Assembly: GCA_964569045.1 (NCBI GenBank) | Contig: CAZMSR010000003.1 | Location: 23,492 to 87,491 of the forward strand | Direction: 5' to 3' | From: an uncultured Gammaproteobacteria bacterium | Lineage (GTDB): Bacteria > Patescibacteriota > Patescibacteriia > Patescibacteriales > BS150m-G62 | DNA length: 64,000 nucleotides | Shown here: piece after piece, positions 58,239 through 64,000 of the stretch | Layout: every line of letters starts with the position of its first letter | Position numbering within the stretch: position 1 is the first letter of the stretch | Position numbers and translations under genes: made by a program | Notes under the pieces: model-generated | Seen by the model: the letters and a program-made list of their open reading frames with translations, nothing else | Told to the model about the DNA's origin: nothing | Databases searched by the model: none

Positions 58239-60983
58239 ATGTCAATTTTAAATATTAGAAAAAGATCAGGTAATATTGTGAGCTTTGATCCTAATAGGAT
58301 AGAGGTTGCAATTAATAAGGCTCTTGAAGCTAGTAAGCAAAAGGTTGTTAATGATTTTCCAGTTATTATTAAGGAGCAGGTAGTTATGGCAATTGAAAAA
58401 GACTACAATGGAATAGATTTAATTCCAAATGTTGAGGATATCCAGGATTTAGTAGAGAGGAAACTCGTAGAATCTGATAACTTTGAAGTTGCAAAAATAT
58501 ATATTTTATATCGTTCTGAAAGAGCAAAAATGCGTGCAGAGTCAAGGTTGAATGAGCTAAAGAGAATGGAAAAGAATTTGCTCAAAGTTTTAAAAAGAAG
58601 CGGAGTTAGTGATGTATTTGATATCCATAAACTAGAATATATATTAGACCGCGCCGCATTTGATTTAAAAGGGGTTGATAAAAATAATATTTTAAATGAG
58701 TTTAAAAAGAATATATTTGATGGAATTAGCACAAATGATATTAGTAAGGCTTTAGTAATGGCAGCAAAAAGTTATATTGAAAGAGACCCCGATTATTCAT
58801 TTTTAGCAGCAAGATTACTTTTAACATCAGTTTATAAGGAAGTTTTTCAAGTGAAGATAAGTTCAGATAATTTTAATAAAATATATTTAGAAAAGTTTGA
58901 GGAGTATGTACGAAAAGGTGTAGAAGCAAAAAGATTGTCTTCTGTATTACTTGATTATGATTTTAAAAAGATTAGTAATGCTTTAAAGGTTGATAGAGAT
59001 AATCTATTGAATTATTTGAGTGCTCAGACTTTATATGATAGATATTTTGTGCATATAAATGAAAAAAGAATAGAAGTGCCTCAGTATTTTTGGATGCGAG
59101 TAGCAATGGGCTTGGCTCAAAAAGAGGAAAATAAAGAAGATCGTGCCATTGAGTTTTATGAGATTCTTTCAACTCTTCGATTCGTAAGTTCTACTCCTAC
59201 TTTATTTAATTCCGGGACTACACATGAGCAAATGTCTTCATGCTATTTATCAATAATTAATGATGATTTGGAACATATATTTAAAGTGATAAAAGATAAT
59301 GCCTTGCTCTCAAAATGGGCCGGAGGCATTGGAAATGATTGGACAAAAGTAAGAGCAACCGGAGCTCATATAGAAGGTACAAATGGTAAGTCTCAAGGTG
59401 TAATTCCTTTTATGAAAATAGTTAATGATACAGCAGTTGCGGTTAATCAAGGTGGAAAACGGAAAGGTGCAGTATGTGCATATTTAGAAACTTGGCATTT
59501 AGATATTGTAGATTTTTTAGAACTTAGAAAAAATACAGGAGATGAAAGAAGAAGAACTCATGATATGAGTATTGCTAATTGGATTCCTGATTTATTTATG
59601 CAGCGCGTAATAAATGATCAAGAGTGGACGCTTTTTTCTCCAGATGAAGTACCTGATTTACATGATTTGTACGGCATGAAATTTAAGAAAAAATATGAGG
59701 AATATGAAAAATTAGTTGATGCGAATAAAATAACAATATTTAAGCGCATAAAAGCTACTGATTTGTGGAAAAAGATGATAACAATGTTATTTGAAACAGG
59801 ACATCCTTGGATTACCTTTAAAGACCCATGCAATGTTCGGTCACCTCAGGATCATGTCGGAGTAGTGCATAGTTCAAATTTGTGTACTGAAATTACTCTT
59901 AATAGCACTAGTGATGAAACTGCTGTATGTAATCTTGGTTCTATTAATTTAGCTAAACATTATGACCAAAATTTAGGTGATATTAATAAGGAAAAGTTAG
60001 CCTATACAGTAAAAATTGCTATGCGAATGCTAGATAATGTAATTGATGTAAATTATTATCCTATTCCAGAAACAAAAAATGCTAATGCAATACATCGTCC
60101 AGTTGGACTAGGAATAATGGGATTCCAGGATATTTTGTATGCTAAGAATTTAGATTTTGATTCTGAAATTGCAGTGAAATATTCTGATGAATTAATGGAG
60201 TTAGTGTCATATAATGCAATTTTGGCAAGTTCAGAATTAGCTAAAGAGAGAGGTGTTTATCATAGTTATCCTGGGTCTAAATGGGATAGGGGGATTTTAC
60301 CGATTGATACTTTAGAATTATTAGAGAAAGAAAGAGGCGAAATTTTGCGTATTAATAAAGAAGGAAAGATGGATTGGATGCCTGTAAGAGAGTCTATAAA
60401 GAAACATGGTATGCGAAATTCTAATTGTTTGTCTATAGCCCCAACGGCAACAATTTCAAATATATCAGGCTGTATTCCTTGTATAGAGCCAATTTATAAA
60501 AATTTGTATGTTAAGTCTAATATGGGAGGTGAGTTTACTGTAATTAATACAAGTTTGGTACATGAATTAAAAAGGCTGAATCTGTGGTATGCAGATATTT
60601 TTAAAAAAATAAAAGTTAAAGATGGATCAATACAAGATATTGCAGAAATACCAATTTCAATTCGCGATAAATACAAGGAAGCTTTTGAAATCAGTCCGAT
60701 TTGGTTTGTTAAGCATGCAGGAGCAAGGTCAAAATGGCTTGATCAATCTCAATCAGTAAATATTTTTTACAGAGGGCAATCTGGTAAAGAAATTGCAGAA
60801 ATTTATATTAATGCTTGGTTGATGGGACTGAAGACAACCTATTATTTAAGAACATTAGGCGCAACTCAAGTTGAAAAGTCAACTGTTGGTGATAAAGGTA
60901 CCCATGTTAGAAGTGGTAAAATTAAAGCTGATGATATAACTTGCTCTGCTAAAGATGGTGAGAGTTGTGAGTCTTGCCAATAA
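58239..60983 (+). CDS. nrdA: Class I ribonucleoside-diphosphate reductase alpha subunit with two ATP cones
   Basis: Two ATP-cone-like segments, TPTLFNSG, SSCY, GGIG, SNLCTEI, APTATIS, KTTYY, C-terminal CESCQ. Confidence 0.96.
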   Translation: MSILNIRKRSGNIVSFDPNRIEVAINKALEASKQKVVNDFPVIIKEQVVMAIEKDYNGIDLIPNVEDIQDLVERKLVESDNFEVAKIYILYRSERAKMRAESRLNELKRMEKNLLKVLKRSGVSDVFDIHKLEYILDRAAFDLKGVDKNNILNEFKKNIFDGISTNDISKALVMAAKSYIERDPDYSFLAARLLLTSVYKEVFQVKISSDNFNKIYLEKFEEYVRKGVEAKRLSSVLLDYDFKKISNALKVDRDNLLNYLSAQTLYDRYFVHINEKRIEVPQYFWMRVAMGLAQKEENKEDRAIEFYEILSTLRFVSSTPTLFNSGTTHEQMSSCYLSIINDDLEHIFKVIKDNALLSKWAGGIGNDWTKVRATGAHIEGTNGKSQGVIPFMKIVNDTAVAVNQGGKRKGAVCAYLETWHLDIVDFLELRKNTGDERRRTHDMSIANWIPDLFMQRVINDQEWTLFSPDEVPDLHDLYGMKFKKKYEEYEKLVDANKITIFKRIKATDLWKKMITMLFETGHPWITFKDPCNVRSPQDHVGVVHSSNLCTEITLNSTSDETAVCNLGSINLAKHYDQNLGDINKEKLAYTVKIAMRMLDNVIDVNYYPIPETKNANAIHRPVGLGIMGFQDILYAKNLDFDSEIAVKYSDELMELVSYNAILASSELAKERGVYHSYPGSKWDRGILPIDTLELLEKERGEILRINKEGKMDWMPVRESIKKHGMRNSNCLSIAPTATISNISGCIPCIEPIYKNLYVKSNMGGEFTVINTSLVHELKRLNLWYADIFKKIKVKDGSIQDIAEIPISIRDKYKEAFEISPIWFVKHAGARSKWLDQSQSVNIFYRGQSGKEIAEIYINAWLMGLKTTYYLRTLGATQVEKSTVGDKGTHVRSGKIKADDITCSAKDGESCESCQ

Positions 60984-61028
60984 AAAAATAAAAAAGACAT
61001 AGTAAATAATCATAAAAAAATAAAAAAA

Positions 61029-61160
61029 ATTAATTTATCTCATATTGCCTCTCTCTTACTTTGGCCTGGGATTGCTAGGGTAAGACCAATTGAAAGAAAC
61101 CTTTCAGCCTAGTAAAACGAGGTTCTCGCTTGAGGGGGCGGCAATACGAGATAAATTAAT
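61029..61160 (+). ncRNA. Candidate structured RNA, copy 1
   Basis: Outer stem ATTAATTTATCTCATATTGCC/GGCAATACGAGATAAATTAAT enclosing a core shared with copy 2. Confidence 0.55.
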
Positions 61161-61323
61161 ATATACTTAATTCCTAAACTAATTCCGATAATTTCCTTAA
61201 ATTTCGGCTGTGGCTTTGAGAAAAAATTTGGCCTATGCTATGGCATGAGCAAGATTTTTTCTTTTTGCCTCGTTCAAAATTAAAAAAAATTATTTTTTGA
61301 ATTAGTTTAAGAATTAAGTATAT
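61161..61323. repeat. 163-nt imperfect palindrome (MITE/ERIC-like)
   Basis: ATATACTTAATTC-C-TAAACTAATTC pairs with GAATTAGTTTA-A-GAATTAAGTATAT; inner AGAAAAAATTTGGC/GCAAGATTTTTTCT. Confidence 0.6.
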
Positions 61324-61330
61324 AAATAAT

Positions 61331-61456
61331 CTTCTCTTTCGTTTAGTCCATCTCCTGTTTCTGGCTCTCTTGTTCTAGGGTATACAAATTGAAAGAAACC
61401 TTTCAGCCTAGTATTAGTAAAGTTCTAATCGGGGGACTGACTAAAAGAAAGAGAAG
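61331..61456 (+). ncRNA. Candidate structured RNA, copy 2 (5' of nrdB)
   Basis: Outer stem CTTCTCTTTCGTTTAGTC/GACTAAAAGAAAGAGAAG enclosing the same 27-nt core as copy 1. Confidence 0.55.
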
Positions 61457-61469
61457 TGAATATTTTAAA

Positions 61470-62522
61470 ATGGTCGAAAGTTTTATACAACCAATAAAAA
61501 GATCAAAATCGAGAGTTAATGTAAATGATCGTAAAATAATCAATGGAGAAGAAGCTGATGTTGTTCAGCTTTCTCCAATGAAGCATAAATGGGCTTGGCA
61601 AGCGTATTTAGATGCAAATGCTAATCATTGGTTGCCAACAGAGATACAAATGCAGCGTGATATTGAATTATGGAAAGATCCTAATGGTTTAACTGAGGAT
61701 GAACGTCTTGCTTTTAAGAGAGTGATGGGATTTTTTACTACCGGTGATTCTATTGTTGCTAATAATTTAGTTTTGGCAATATATAAGCATATTACATCAC
61801 CAGAGTGTAGAATGTATTTACTTAGGCAGTCATATGAAGAGGCTATACATACCCACGCGTATCAATATATTGTTGATAGTTTAGAGCTTGATGAGGGTGA
61901 GATTTTTAACATGTATAGAGAGCAAGAATCGATTTTTAATAAAGATCAGATGTTAATTAATTTTAGTTTGGGTGTGCTTGATTCAAAATTTTCAACGCTA
62001 GGAGAGAAAAATATTCAAAGTTTTTTAGAGAATTTAATTGGATTTTATTTGATTTGTGAAGGATTATTTTTTTATACTAGTTTTGCGGTTATTTTAAGTT
62101 TTCAAAGACAAAATAAATTAGTCGGATCGGCTGAACAGATTCAATATATAATGAGAGATGAGTCAATGCATATGAATTTTGGGATTGATTTAATTAATAC
62201 AATTAAAGATGAAAATCCCGGAGTGTGGTCAAATTATATAATTCAAAAAATATATAAAGCGGTGGATCAAGCAGTGTGTTTAGAGGTGGCTTTTGCTAAA
62301 GATTGTTTTCCAAGAGGAATACTTGGTATTAATTCAAATTTATTTGAAGGATATATGCGGCATATTGCTGGGCGCAGATTAGAGCGTATTGGACTTGAAG
62401 ATAAATATAAAGCAACTAATCCTTTTCCATGGATGAGTGAAGCTATTGATTTAAGCAAAGAAAAGAATTTTTTTGAAAGTAGAGTTACTGAGTATCAAAC
62501 CGGAGGAACATTGGAGTGGTAA
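61470..62522 (+). CDS. nrdB: Class Ia ribonucleotide reductase beta subunit
   Basis: HWLPTEI, TGDSIV (Asp ligand), EEAIHTHAY (radical Tyr present), EGLFFY, RDESMH, NFFE.RV.EY; ATG at 61470. Confidence 0.95.
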   Translation: MVESFIQPIKRSKSRVNVNDRKIINGEEADVVQLSPMKHKWAWQAYLDANANHWLPTEIQMQRDIELWKDPNGLTEDERLAFKRVMGFFTTGDSIVANNLVLAIYKHITSPECRMYLLRQSYEEAIHTHAYQYIVDSLELDEGEIFNMYREQESIFNKDQMLINFSLGVLDSKFSTLGEKNIQSFLENLIGFYLICEGLFFYTSFAVILSFQRQNKLVGSAEQIQYIMRDESMHMNFGIDLINTIKDENPGVWSNYIIQKIYKAVDQAVCLEVAFAKDCFPRGILGINSNLFEGYMRHIAGRRLERIGLEDKYKATNPFPWMSEAIDLSKEKNFFESRVTEYQTGGTLEW

Positions 62523-62548
62523 ATAAGTTTGGTAATTTGGTGAAGTTT

Positions 62549-62582
62549 AAAAAAGTCAAAATAAAATAATTTTGACTTTTTT
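62549..62582 (+). terminator. Terminator after nrdB
   Basis: AAAAAAGTCAAAAT/ATTTTGACTTTTTT inverted repeat. Confidence 0.6.
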
Positions 62583-62646
62583 ATATGTATGTTAATTTAG
62601 TTAATAATCGTTTGTATTTTGCTGAATTATGCGTTAGTATGCAATT

Positions 62647-64000
62647 ATGAATAGTGAACTGCGTTATAATAATATTCGTAATTTTTGTATCATTGCTCAT
62701 ATTGATCATGGTAAATCAACATTAGCTGATAGGATGCTTGAAATTACTCAGACAGTTGATGTGCGAAATATGCATGCACAACTTTTAGATACAATGGAGC
62801 TTGAACAAGAAAGAGGGATTACAATTAAGCTGCAGCCGGTAACAATGGATTATGTTTTTAGCGGTTCTAATTATGTGCTTAATTTAATTGATACTCCAGG
62901 GCATGTTGATTTTAGTTATGAAGTTTCTAGATCGCTTGCTGCTGTTGAGGGGGCAATATTGCTTGTTGATGCTACTCAGGGGATACAGGCTCAGACTTTG
63001 GCAAATTTATATTTAGCCTTAGAGCAGGATTTAGTAATAATACCTGTTATTAATAAAATTGATTTGCCGGCTGCTGACATTTCAAAAACAACAAAAGAAG
63101 TCGTTAGTTTACTTGGTTGTAAAGAATTTGAAATTATACACGCATCAGGAAAAACTGGTCATGGGGTTGAAAAAATTCTTAATGAAGTTGTTGCTCGTAT
63201 TCCTGCGCCTTTTTTAAATTCTGAAAAATTAATTACGCGTGCTTTGATTTTTGATTCTAATTATGATGAATATAAAGGTGTTGTAGCACATGTGCGAATA
63301 ATTGATGGTGAGATTAAAAAAGGGGATAAGATATATTTAATGGCCACGCAAACAAAAAGTGAAGCAACAGAAGTTGGAATTTTTAAGCCAAAATATTTGC
63401 CGCAAAAACAATTGTCAGTCGGAGATATAGGCTATATTGTCACCGGTTTTAAAGAGGTCGGAGAGTGCAAAGTTGGTGACACTATTACAATTTTTCAATC
63501 AACGATTAATAATAAAAAGGTGGTTCCTCTCGATGGTTATCAAGAAGTTAAGCCTTTTGTTTTTGCTGGAATATTTACAAAAGAAGGGGATGATTATGAA
63601 AGATTGCGTGAGGCAATAGCTAAATTAAAACTAAACGATGCTGCTTTGATGTATGAAGTTGAACGATCTCATGCATTAGGATTTGGTTTTAGGTGCGGTT
63701 TTTTGGGTCTTCTTCATCTGGAGATTTTTCAAGAAAGGCTTCGAAGAGAGTATGATCTAGAGTTGATAGTTACTGTGCCAAGCGTGGCGTATAGGGTTTA
63801 TCAAAATGATGGCAGAGAATATGTAATTCATACTCCACAGGAAATGCCAGAGGTTGGTAAGATAAATAAAATTAAAGAACCTTGGGTTAAGTTAGATATT
63901 ATTACGCCAAAAGAGTATATTGGTGGGGTAATGAATTTAGCACAGGGCAAGCGTGGTATTTACCTCAATACTGAGTATATTGATAAAAATAGAGCTATTT
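62647..64000 (+). CDS. lepA: Translation elongation factor 4 (LepA), 3'-truncated by window edge; missing from ORF track
   Basis: IRNFCIIAHIDHGKSTLAD, ERGITIK, LIDTPGHVDF.YEVSRSL, NKID, GFRCGFLGLLH. Confidence 0.96.
   Translation, partial: MNSELRYNNIRNFCIIAHIDHGKSTLADRMLEITQTVDVRNMHAQLLDTMELEQERGITIKLQPVTMDYVFSGSNYVLNLIDTPGHVDFSYEVSRSLAAVEGAILLVDATQGIQAQTLANLYLALEQDLVIIPVINKIDLPAADISKTTKEVVSLLGCKEFEIIHASGKTGHGVEKILNEVVARIPAPFLNSEKLITRALIFDSNYDEYKGVVAHVRIIDGEIKKGDKIYLMATQTKSEATEVGIFKPKYLPQKQLSVGDIGYIVTGFKEVGECKVGDTITIFQSTINNKKVVPLDGYQEVKPFVFAGIFTKEGDDYERLREAIAKLKLNDAALMYEVERSHALGFGFRCGFLGLLHLEIFQERLRREYDLELIVTVPSVAYRVYQNDGREYVIHTPQEMPEVGKINKIKEPWVKLDIITPKEYIGGVMNLAQGKRGIYLNTEYIDKNRAI

Noticed and set aside
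61088-61413. CRISPR array from the 27-nt palindromic repeat
   Set aside because: Only two copies about 300 nt apart and no cas genes in the window
61075-61420. Hammerhead ribozyme, group I intron core, glycine or TPP riboswitch as identity of the duplicated motif
   Set aside because: CTGAAAG lacks the CUGAnGA/GAAA core; the P4-like AATTGAAAG/CTTTCAGC pairing has no P5, P7 or P3 partners; GGAGA/CCGAAG and ACCTGAT signatures are absent
61389-61469. TTG-initiated N-terminal extension of NrdB
   Set aside because: Lies within the repeated RNA motif; ATG 61470 gives a normal-length beta subunit
1-64000. UGA recoding (genetic code 25 or 4)
   Set aside because: Conserved genes translate full length in code 11 and several end at TGA (e.g. 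17433, 38217, 39555)

Overview
AT-rich bacterial chromosomal segment in standard genetic code 11. Gene content and architecture (TPR/O-antigen-ligase-like membrane protein, VanW, PEGA, DUF5652, many GT2s, few SD sequences) suggest a Patescibacteria/CPR genome; this is an inference. Housekeeping genes: leuS (partial), mnmA, greA, lysS, serS, cysS, murA, murJ, galU, lepA (partial), three tRNAs including a rare tRNA-Ile(UAU), and a dTDP-rhamnose/glycosyltransferase locus with two gene fusions and a G8 frameshift. Two ribonucleotide reductases are present, each with paired NrdR boxes and an upstream DnaA box. The class III enzyme has its glycyl-radical domain on a separate, unannotated 47-aa gene. 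Best candidate novel system (48193-52498, minus strand): a 37-aa Trp-tailed precursor peptide, a multi-TM histidine kinase, a SAM methyltransferase and a fused class II terpene cyclase/ComQ-like prenyltransferase, i.e. a putative ComQXP-like pheromone/RiPP cassette making a cyclised-terpenoid peptide. Also notable: a PhcB-like methyltransferase + 7TM kinase + receiver + esterase-like cassette (21532-26145), and a duplicated structured-RNA motif in a three-hairpin array between nrdA and nrdB.
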